DNA from: Celeribacter sp.
GTDB taxonomy: Bacteria > Pseudomonadota > Alphaproteobacteria > Rhodobacterales > Rhodobacteraceae
Length of the DNA: 64,000 bases
Direction: 5' to 3'
NCBI RefSeq assembly: GCF_048266405.1
Contig: NZ_JBLWZO010000003.1
Coordinates: 202,016-266,015 of the forward strand
In this document: positions 49,254 through 56,412 of the stretch, piece after piece
Layout of the letters: each line of letters opens with the position of its first letter
How positions within the stretch are numbered: the first letter of the stretch is position 1
Made by a program: the position numbers and the translations under genes
Notes under the pieces: model-generated
The model's database searches: none
The model's input: only the letters and a program-made list of their open reading frames with translations
Told to the model about the DNA's origin: nothing

Positions 49254-50300
49254 ATGACACAGACCCTTTCCCCCCAAGAGATCCGCGCCGCGAAACTGGC
49301 TGATCCGAAGAAACGCGACCGCGATCTGGCCGATCAGCTTGGCATCTCGGAAGCCGAACTTGTCGCCGCTCATGTCGGTCACGGGGCCACCCGCATTGGC
49401 GCCCATCCCGATGACGTCATGCCCAAAATCACCGCATTGGGCGAGGTCATGGCCCTGACCCGCAACCAAAGCTGTGTGCATGAGCGCGTCGGCACCTTTG
49501 AGAAATACCAGTCTGGCAAACATGCCGCGATGGTGCTTGGCCCTGACATCGACACACGCATTTTCCCTAAGCATTGGACCTATGGCTTCGCCATCGAAAC
49601 GCAAACCGATGCGGGTGTGCGCCGCACGCTTCAGTTCTTTGATGCGGCAGGCGATGCGCTGCAAAAGATATTCTTGCGCGAGACTTCCAATCACGACGCA
49701 TGGGCCCCTCTCGTTGAGGCGCTAAAAATCGACGACCAGTCCGACAGCATCACGGTCGAGCCGCGGATGCCGACCGAGCGGGCGAAAATGGATGCGTCCA
49801 AACGCGATGTTTTGGTCGAAAAGTGGAAACGAATGACCGACACGCACCAGTTCAACCTGTTCACATCCAAGCTCGGCATGAACCGTCTCGGGGCCTACCG
49901 CCTTGCAGGCTCGCCCTTTGTGCGTCGCATTGAGCCCACGGCGATCACGCAGTGGATGGAAAGCGTCAGCCAAAAGCGTCAGAAGGTCATCCTGTTTGTC
50001 GGCAATCGCGGCAATATCCAGATCCATTGGGGCACGCTCGACACCATCAAGACGATGGGACCGTGGCTCAATGTGCTCGACCCGAGTTTCAACCTGCACC
50101 TGCGCACGGATCACATCGCGGAGGTCTATGTCGTGGACAAACCCACCAAACGCGGCGCGGCCATTTCCATCGAGGCCTTCGATGTCGAGGGCGGGTTGAT
50201 CTTCCAATGCTTCGGACAGCGCGAAAACGACGATGACACGCTCGACACATGGCACAGAATTCTGGACGCCCTGCCCTCGCTTCAGGAGGAGGTTGCATGA
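49254..50300 (+). CDS. hmuS: Hemin-degrading/transport protein HmuS (ChuS family)
   Basis: 348 aa with the duplicated ChuS/HemS fold pattern. Start trimmed to MTQTLSPQEI, with a GGAGA RBS. Confidence 0.9.
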   Translation: MTQTLSPQEIRAAKLADPKKRDRDLADQLGISEAELVAAHVGHGATRIGAHPDDVMPKITALGEVMALTRNQSCVHERVGTFEKYQSGKHAAMVLGPDIDTRIFPKHWTYGFAIETQTDAGVRRTLQFFDAAGDALQKIFLRETSNHDAWAPLVEALKIDDQSDSITVEPRMPTERAKMDASKRDVLVEKWKRMTDTHQFNLFTSKLGMNRLGAYRLAGSPFVRRIEPTAITQWMESVSQKRQKVILFVGNRGNIQIHWGTLDTIKTMGPWLNVLDPSFNLHLRTDHIAEVYVVDKPTKRGAAISIEAFDVEGGLIFQCFGQRENDDDTLDTWHRILDALPSLQEEVA

Positions 50301-51154
50301 GACCACTCATTCTCGCTGCGGCGCTGGCCTGCGCCCCGCTGAGCCTTGCGGCAGAAAGCTACCCTAAGGCGCACAGCATCATCACCATCGGCGGCCCCGT
50401 CACCGAGACCGTCTTTGCCTTGGGCGAAGGCGACCGTGTGGTGGCGCGGGACACTACGTCGCTTTACCCCGAGGAGGTGAACGCCCTGCCCGATGTGGGC
50501 TATATGCGCCAACTCTCCGCCGAGGGGGTGCTGTCCCTTGGTCCCGATCTGATCATCACCCGTGACACGGCGGGACCGCCCGAAGTGCTGGACCAGTTGC
50601 GCACCGCCTCTGTTCCGATGGTCGAGGTCAAGGATGCCTTTACCGCCGAGTCCGTGTCGCAAGCCGTGCGCACGATTGGCGACGCCCTCGCGGTGAAGGA
50701 TAAAACGGATGCTTTGGTCGCCAGTATCGAAGCGGAGTTCGCAGCCCTCGCGGCCCGCGTCGATACGGGACCAAAGCCCCGTGCCATGTTCATTCTGTCC
50801 AACCAAGGCGGACGCCTGAACGTGTCAGGTGGCGGCACGGGCGCCAATGGAGTCTTTGAACTGGCAGGGGCCGAGAACGTCTTTGCCTCAGAGTTTGACG
50901 GCTACAAAATCGCCTCCGACGAGGCCATCATCGCCGCCGCCCCCGATGTGATCGTGATGTTGGCCCCGACAGGCGAGGACGAACATGACGTGCGCCGCGA
51001 GGATACCCTTGCGCTCCATGCCATCGCCCAAACCCCTGCGGGACAAAACGAGGCCTTCGTGCTTGTCGATCCTGCGGCCTTGGGCTTTGGCCCGCGCACG
51101 GCACAGTTGGTCTCTAATCTGCGTGACGATCTGATCGCTGCGGTCGGGAATTGA
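50297..51154 (+). CDS. hmuT: Hemin ABC transporter periplasmic binding protein HmuT
   Basis: Signal peptide MRPLILAAALACAPLSLAA and a cluster-A (FecB-like) binding protein. Start overlaps the hmuS stop (ATGA). Confidence 0.88.
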   Translation: MRPLILAAALACAPLSLAAESYPKAHSIITIGGPVTETVFALGEGDRVVARDTTSLYPEEVNALPDVGYMRQLSAEGVLSLGPDLIITRDTAGPPEVLDQLRTASVPMVEVKDAFTAESVSQAVRTIGDALAVKDKTDALVASIEAEFAALAARVDTGPKPRAMFILSNQGGRLNVSGGGTGANGVFELAGAENVFASEFDGYKIASDEAIIAAAPDVIVMLAPTGEDEHDVRREDTLALHAIAQTPAGQNEAFVLVDPAALGFGPRTAQLVSNLRDDLIAAVGN

Positions 51155-52239
51155 TCATGGTTGCCCTGCATCACCTGTCCCAGACCCATCCGATCCAAGA
51201 GGGCGACCGTCGCGCCCGCGCCGCCCTTGTGCGCGTGGTCCTGATCGCAGGGCTCGCGCTCGCCATCCTGCTCGGGTTGGGATGGGGCGCTGCGGGAGAC
51301 ACCGATGTTCTCGGCGCTTTGGCGGCGGGTCTGGGATGGAGCGAGGCCTCGCTGCGCGATATGACCATCGTGTGGGACATCCGTATGCCGCGCGTGCTGA
51401 CCGCGACCCTCGTCGGCGCCGCCCTCGCGGTGTCGGGCGCGGTCATGCAGGGCCTGTTTCGCAACCCGCTCGCTGATCCGGGACTGGTCGGCGTCAGCGC
51501 GGGCGCGGGGTTCGGTGCCGTGGCCGCCATCGTCTTGGGGGGATTTCTGCCCGCTGCTGTGGCCTCCATGACAAGCATCTATCTCGTGCCCTTCGCGGCC
51601 TTTCTAGGCGGGTGGGCCTCCACCCTCATTCTCTACCGCATCGCCACACGCGGCGGCCAGACATCGGTCGCCACTATGCTGCTCGCAGGGATCGCAATGG
51701 GCGCACTCACGGGGGCGCTCACAGGACTGATTGTCTACAAAGCGGACGACAGCCAATTGCGTGATCTGACCTTTTGGGGCATGGGATCGGTCGCAGGGGC
51801 GACATGGCACAAGATCATGATCGCGGGGCCGATCATTGCGCTCACGCTCTTTACCGCGCCATTTCTGGCCCGCAGTCTCGACGCGCTTGCCCTTGGCGAA
51901 CCTGTGGCGCACCACATGGGCATCGACACCCAGAAGATGAAGCGGATCGCCATCATTTCCGTCGCCGCCTCAGTGGGGGCTTCCGTGGCGATCACGGGCG
52001 GGATCGGCTTTGTGGGCATCGTCGTCCCGCATCTGCTGCGCCTCTTGCAAGGGCCGGAACACCGCAACCTTTTGCCCAATGCCGCCCTTCTTGGCGCGGT
52101 GGTGGTTCTGCTTGCCGATATGGTGAGCCGCGTTGTGGTCGCCCCTGCCGAACTCCCCATCGGGATCGTCACCGCCTGTCTTGGCGGGCCGTTCTTCCTT
52201 TGGATCCTTCTCAAAAACCGTTCTCTTCTGGAGGCCTGA
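51151..52239 (+). CDS. hmuU: Hemin ABC transporter permease HmuU (FecCD family)
   Basis: 362-aa FecCD-type permease with multiple TM segments and RMPRVL and GGIGFVGIVVPH motifs. Confidence 0.92.
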   Translation: MIMVALHHLSQTHPIQEGDRRARAALVRVVLIAGLALAILLGLGWGAAGDTDVLGALAAGLGWSEASLRDMTIVWDIRMPRVLTATLVGAALAVSGAVMQGLFRNPLADPGLVGVSAGAGFGAVAAIVLGGFLPAAVASMTSIYLVPFAAFLGGWASTLILYRIATRGGQTSVATMLLAGIAMGALTGALTGLIVYKADDSQLRDLTFWGMGSVAGATWHKIMIAGPIIALTLFTAPFLARSLDALALGEPVAHHMGIDTQKMKRIAIISVAASVGASVAITGGIGFVGIVVPHLLRLLQGPEHRNLLPNAALLGAVVVLLADMVSRVVVAPAELPIGIVTACLGGPFFLWILLKNRSLLEA

Positions 52240-52241
52240 AC

Positions 52242-53045
52242 ATGATCAGTGGCACGGATATCTGCGTCGACCTCGGGCGCAAGACCATCCTCGACGGGGT
52301 GAATTTCCAAGCGCAGGCAGGGCAACTCACCGCGATTGTCGGGCCCAACGGCTCGGGCAAGACCACGCTGTTGCGTGCCTTGACGGGCGAGCAGAGCTAT
52401 CGGGGCGAGATCACCTTTGGCGGCAAGCCTCTCGACAGGCTCTCCCCGCTTGACCTCGCGGCCCGTCGCGCGGTTCTCCCCCAAGCGGCGAATATTGCCT
52501 TTCCCTTTACCGTCCTTGAACTGGTGCGCCTCGGACTGGTTGCGGGGCTGAACGGTGACACGCCCGAAGAGCGCGACCGCCGCCCTGCCCAAGCTCTGGC
52601 ACGGGTCGGTTTGGAGGGCTATGGCGGGCGGCTTGTGCAAGAACTGTCAGGCGGCGAGCGGCAACGCGCCCAATTGGCGCGCGTTCTGGTGCAAATCTGG
52701 GAGCCTGCGTTCGAGGGACAACCGCGCTTTTTGTTCCTTGATGAACCTGTCTCGGCGCTCGATATCGGTCATCAGTTGATGATCATGCACCTTGCGCGGG
52801 ACTATGCCGAGGCGGGTGGCGGCGTGATAGCGATCATGCACGACCTCAACCTCACGTCGATGTTTGCCGATCAGGTGACGCTTTTGGGCGATGGACATGT
52901 GCGGGCCAGCGGGACGCCCGAAGATGTGCTGACCGATCATGCCCTCTCGACCTGTTACGGATGTCCGCTGCGTACCAATACCGCGCCGACCACAGGACGC
53001 CCGTGGATTCTCCCGCAAGCCGCTTTGCGGGCGGGGCATGGCTAA
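52242..53045 (+). CDS. hmuV: Hemin ABC transporter ATP-binding protein HmuV
   Basis: Walker A GPNGSGKTT, signature LSGGERQR, Walker B LFLDEPVSALD. An internal start in the 51774-53045 ORF. Confidence 0.92.
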   Translation: MISGTDICVDLGRKTILDGVNFQAQAGQLTAIVGPNGSGKTTLLRALTGEQSYRGEITFGGKPLDRLSPLDLAARRAVLPQAANIAFPFTVLELVRLGLVAGLNGDTPEERDRRPAQALARVGLEGYGGRLVQELSGGERQRAQLARVLVQIWEPAFEGQPRFLFLDEPVSALDIGHQLMIMHLARDYAEAGGGVIAIMHDLNLTSMFADQVTLLGDGHVRASGTPEDVLTDHALSTCYGCPLRTNTAPTTGRPWILPQAALRAGHG

Positions 53046-53096
53046 CGCCTCTGCGTCAGCCTCACGCCATCGCCGCCCAAACGACACAAAACAAAC

Positions 53097-53125
53097 GCGG
53101 CCCGCACAATGTGGGCCGCGTTTTC
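53097..53125. terminator. Bidirectional terminator between hmuV and hemP
   Basis: GCGGCCC-N9-GGGCCGC stem followed by GTTTTC on the plus strand. An A-rich tract precedes it, giving a T-run on the minus strand. Confidence 0.6.
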
Positions 53126-53127
53126 AT

Positions 53128-53286
53128 TTACTTGGTCAGGATCAGTTTGTTCATTCGGGTGATCCGCAGGGTATAGACCTGCCCCTCATGAACGATATGG
53201 GCCAGACCGCCCGCATTGGTGAGCCGTTCGGCCACATGTTCGGGAATATCCTTCGTGGCGTCTTTGGATGTTGCGGTCGATGTCAT
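53128..53286 (-). CDS. hemP: Hemin uptake protein HemP/HmuP (52 aa; below the ORF-track size cutoff)
   Basis: Translation is MTSTATSKDATKDIPEHVAERLTNAGGLAHIVHEGQVYTLRITRMNKLILTK. The C-terminal G-x-x-Y-x-L-R-x-T-x-x-x-K-L-I-L-T-K pattern is the HemP hallmark. RBS GGAGAG. Confidence 0.8.
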   Translation of the reverse strand: MTSTATSKDATKDIPEHVAERLTNAGGLAHIVHEGQVYTLRITRMNKLILTK

Positions 53287-53450
53287 CGCTCTCTCCCCGT
53301 CATTGGCTGTGTGGCGTCCCCGTCCAACCAGTGATCGAGCAAGCGCGATGTCGGCCAGCCGTTTTCAAAGGCCAAAGAGAGCGCTTCGGTCGCAGCGTCC
53401 CAGTCGACACCGGCCCGAGGTGATTTTTGTTTCTGTGCGTGTTTGTCCAT
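53283..53450 (-). CDS. Hypothetical 55-aa protein translationally coupled to hemP
   Basis: MDKHAQKQKSPRAGVDWDAATEALSLAFENGWPTSRLLDHWLDGDATQPMTGRER. An AGGA RBS lies 5 nt upstream of the ATG. Its TGA overlaps the hemP ATG (ATGA). Confidence 0.45.
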   Translation of the reverse strand: MDKHAQKQKSPRAGVDWDAATEALSLAFENGWPTSRLLDHWLDGDATQPMTGRER

Positions 53451-53532
53451 TTTTGTCCTGCATACAGTTGTCTGCGACTCGCATTTCGCGAGGGTGATAT
53501 GGCTTATGCCCGCAGTATCCGATAAAAATAGT

Positions 53533-53547
53533 ATGGATTCAATCCAT
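53533..53547. promoter_or_regulatory. Perfect 7-1-7 palindrome ATGGATTCAATCCAT in the hemP / exbB divergent control region
   Basis: Lies in an A/T-rich spacer, about 85 bp upstream of the small ORF and about 150 bp upstream of the exbB-operon start. Confidence 0.4.
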
Positions 53548-53693
53548 CCCACGCAGGATCGCGCAAATATTTCTTATTATTTTTGTCACCTATTGCCAAT
53601 TCACCCGAAATATGGTCGAACACCGCCATTGATCCAGCAAAAAAGCACCCGCTTTTCGCCAGACAGACCTCACAAATATGTAGGAGATACGTC

Positions 53694-54110
53694 GTGCGCC
53701 TTCCTGTTGTGCTAGGGCTGATTTTGGCCAGCGGCCAAGCCAGTCTCGCCCAAGACCCGTCCGCCACCTTGGCCCTCGAACTCAACACCGCCACACCGAC
53801 CGAAACGGGGTGCAGCCTGACCTTTGTCGCTCAGAGCACCCTGCCCGATGATGTCGATGCGCTCGTTCTTGAAACCGTGCTGTTCGACACCTCCGGTCAG
53901 GTGTCGCTGATGACGATGCTCGACTTTTCCGCCCTGCCCTCGGGCCGCTCCCGCGTGCGCCAGTTTGCCCTGCCCAACGCCCCGTGCGACCAGATCGGCA
54001 AGCTGTTGTTCAACGGGGTGCAGACCTGTGACGGCGCTCAGGCCTCCCCCGCCAGTTGTGACGCCGCCCTCACGGTGTCGAGCCGTACGGATATAGAGGT
54101 GACACGATGA
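53694..54110 (+). CDS. Hypothetical secreted protein (138 aa, 4 Cys), first gene of the exbB-exbD-tonB operon
   Basis: GTG start with an AGGAGA RBS and signal peptide VRLPVVLGLILASGQASLAQ. Its TGA overlaps the exbB ATG (ATGA). I recognise no family. Confidence 0.6.
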   Translation: MRLPVVLGLILASGQASLAQDPSATLALELNTATPTETGCSLTFVAQSTLPDDVDALVLETVLFDTSGQVSLMTMLDFSALPSGRSRVRQFALPNAPCDQIGKLLFNGVQTCDGAQASPASCDAALTVSSRTDIEVTR

Positions 54111-54730
54111 TCGACCGGATTTTAGACGCCCTTTCACGGATTGCGGACCTTGGCGGTCCCGTGGTGTTGATCCTGATCGCCGCCTCCATTTTGGCCACCA
54201 CCGTTGTGCTGATCAAACTGTGGCAGTTCAAACAGGCTCGTGTCGGCAGCCACAAAGAGCTTGGTGCGGCCATCACCGCATGGGATGCAGGCGACCACGA
54301 CGCCGCACGCGCCCATCTGTCCCGCTCGCGCAGCTATTTGCGCGATGTTCTGGATCACGCCATGTCGGGCCAAACCGAAAGCGCTCGCCTCAACGCCGAG
54401 GCCGAAACCCGTTTCGCCCGCCTCGAAAGCGGGTTCCGTCTGCTGGATAGCGTGGCGCAAATGGCCCCGCTTCTGGGCCTGTTCGGCACGGTGCTCGGCA
54501 TGATCTCTGCCTTTCAATCGCTGCAAGACGCAGGATCGCATGTGGATCCGTCAATCCTCGCGGGCGGGATCTGGATCGCGCTTCTGACCACCGCCGTCGG
54601 GCTGGCCGTGGCCATGCCGACCTCGCTTGTGCTGAGTTGGTTTGAGACCCGTATGGATAAGGAACGCACCTTTGCCGAACGGGCAATCCACACGGTTCTC
54701 TCCCCCACGGAGCCTCCCCGAAATGCGTAG
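54107..54730 (+). CDS. exbB: MotA/TolQ/ExbB proton-channel protein
   Basis: 207 aa with three TM segments and the conserved segment LDSVAQMAPLLGLFGTVLGMISAF. Confidence 0.9.
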   Translation: MIDRILDALSRIADLGGPVVLILIAASILATTVVLIKLWQFKQARVGSHKELGAAITAWDAGDHDAARAHLSRSRSYLRDVLDHAMSGQTESARLNAEAETRFARLESGFRLLDSVAQMAPLLGLFGTVLGMISAFQSLQDAGSHVDPSILAGGIWIALLTTAVGLAVAMPTSLVLSWFETRMDKERTFAERAIHTVLSPTEPPRNA

Positions 54731-55109
54731 CGCGCGCCGCCGCAGACGCCTATCGATGACCTCGCTGATCGACGTCATCTTTTTGCTGCTGCTGTTCTTT
54801 ATGCTGACCTCAACCTTTTCGAAATTCTCGCAGGTCGAATTGGTGTCCTCGGGCACATCGGGAGCGACGCAGGCGTCGCAAACCCCGCCTATCTTTGTGC
54901 AACTCACGCCCGACGCCCTCTTTGTCAACGCCCGCGCCACAACACTTGAAACCCTGCCTCTGCGCTTGCAGGCGGATCGTGCATCAGACGACCCCGTCAC
55001 CGTCATCCTCGCGCTCAAGGGCGAGGTCACAGCGCAGCGCCTGACCGATGCGCTTGTCTCCATGAGGCAGGTCGAAGGCGTGCGACCTGTCATCTTGGGG
55101 ACGTCATGA
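54723..55109 (+). CDS. exbD: Biopolymer transport protein ExbD/TolR
   Basis: Single TM with SLIDVIFLLLLFFMLT and a periplasmic domain. Start trimmed to MRSARRRRRL. Confidence 0.88.
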   Translation: MRSARRRRRLSMTSLIDVIFLLLLFFMLTSTFSKFSQVELVSSGTSGATQASQTPPIFVQLTPDALFVNARATTLETLPLRLQADRASDDPVTVILALKGEVTAQRLTDALVSMRQVEGVRPVILGTS

Positions 55110-55489
55110 CCCGTCGTGTCCGTGAAAAACCAGAGCCCACGATTGCGCTGATCAATGTGGTCTTTTTAATGCTGATCTTCTTTCTCGTGGCGGGCACCAT
55201 TGCCCAACCGCTTGACCGCGACCTGACCTTGGTGCGCACGGCTGATCTGGACCCAGCCTCACCGCCAGATGCGCTTGTGATCGGAGCCGATGGCGTGTTG
55301 AGCTTTCGCGGGCGACCGATGGCCGATGTGGCCGCCTATCTCGCCCAAGAGGACCGCCCGACCTCCGATGTGATCCAGATCGTCCCCGACCGCGACCTTG
55401 CCGCCACCCGCCTGATCGAGGTCGGTGCCGCGCTGAAAAACGGCGGAGCGCAGCGGGTGATGATTGTGACCAAAAGGGACACCCAATGA
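55106..55489 (+). CDS. exbD: Second ExbD/TolR paralogue
   Basis: 127 aa with ALINVVFLMLIFFLVAG. Overlaps both neighbours by 4 nt. Confidence 0.88.
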   Translation: MTRRVREKPEPTIALINVVFLMLIFFLVAGTIAQPLDRDLTLVRTADLDPASPPDALVIGADGVLSFRGRPMADVAAYLAQEDRPTSDVIQIVPDRDLAATRLIEVGAALKNGGAQRVMIVTKRDTQ

Positions 55490-56376
55490 AACAGACCTTC
55501 CGCCCTATAACACTCGTCGCCGCGACCACGGCCATTTGCATCCACGGGGCCGTCGCGATTGCGCTCATGCCGCCCCATGCCCCCGTCGAGATGGAGGGCC
55601 AAACGGGCGGGCTTGAGGCGCAGATCGGCACGGCCTTTGCTGATATGAGTGCGGGCACGATCAGCGCCACCCCCACGGAGAACCGCGCGATCACGCCGCC
55701 GGAACAGCCCCCTGTGACCCCTGCGGAGGGGATGCCCACCAAGCCGCTCACGCCCACAGAGCCGCTCACGACCACCGCCCCCCCGATCGCAAGCACGCCA
55801 CCTGCGACGGTGTCGACGGTTACGCCACAGACCACAGCGACCCTGACGCCGCAAAGCGTCACAACGACAATCACGGCAACGCCGGACCCCGAGGCGCAAG
55901 CCCTCAAAAAGCACATGCCCGCTCCGCGTCCCGCACCCAAGGCCGTGGCGAAAAAGACGCCGAAGAAGGCGGTCAAAACACCACCCGAACCCAAGGCCAC
56001 AGCCGCCCCGCGCGGCAATGCGAAAACCTCGGCCCGCGCGGGACAGACGGACGGGACACAGGCGGCAAAGACCGCCTCCAAAGGCTCGGGTGGCAGAACA
56101 AAAGAGACCGGCAATGCCGCTGCCTCGAACTATCCCGGATTGGTCATGCGCAAACTGTCGCGGGTGTCGCGCCCGCGTGTCTCGACGAAAGGCGTGGCCG
56201 TGGTGTCCTTTAAAGTGGCCGCGAACGGCGGCCTCGCAGCCGTCTCTCTCAGCCGCAGCTCAGGCTCCGCAGAACTGGACCGCGCCGCGCTCAAAGTCGT
56301 GCAACGCGCCGCCCCATTCCCCGCGCCACCTTCTGGCGCAAGACGCTCCTTCTCCATTGAGATCAAAGGCCGCTAA
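55486..56376 (+). CDS. tonB: TonB-family energy transducer
   Basis: N-terminal TM anchor, a Pro/Thr/Lys-rich spacer and a C-terminal TonB domain (YPGLVMRKL ... VSFKVAANGGLAAVSLSRSSGSAELDRAALKVVQRAAPFPAPP). Confidence 0.85.
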   Translation: MKQTFRPITLVAATTAICIHGAVAIALMPPHAPVEMEGQTGGLEAQIGTAFADMSAGTISATPTENRAITPPEQPPVTPAEGMPTKPLTPTEPLTTTAPPIASTPPATVSTVTPQTTATLTPQSVTTTITATPDPEAQALKKHMPAPRPAPKAVAKKTPKKAVKTPPEPKATAAPRGNAKTSARAGQTDGTQAAKTASKGSGGRTKETGNAAASNYPGLVMRKLSRVSRPRVSTKGVAVVSFKVAANGGLAAVSLSRSSGSAELDRAALKVVQRAAPFPAPPSGARRSFSIEIKGR

Positions 56377-56396
56377 GCGCGACGCTCGCGGCCTTT
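56365..56396. terminator. Hairpin spanning the tonB stop, between convergent tonB and the RND gene
   Basis: AAAGGCCGC-N14-GCGGCCTTT, a perfect 9-bp stem. Confidence 0.4.
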
Positions 56397-56412
56397 GACA
56401 CATCGTTGCCCG

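Noticed and set aside
55650-56110. Repetitive Thr/Pro/Ala/Lys-rich stretch in tonB that looks like a tandem repeat at the DNA level
   Set aside because: This is the normal proline-rich periplasmic spacer of TonB proteins in a Thr-rich variant. It is not an independent repeat element.
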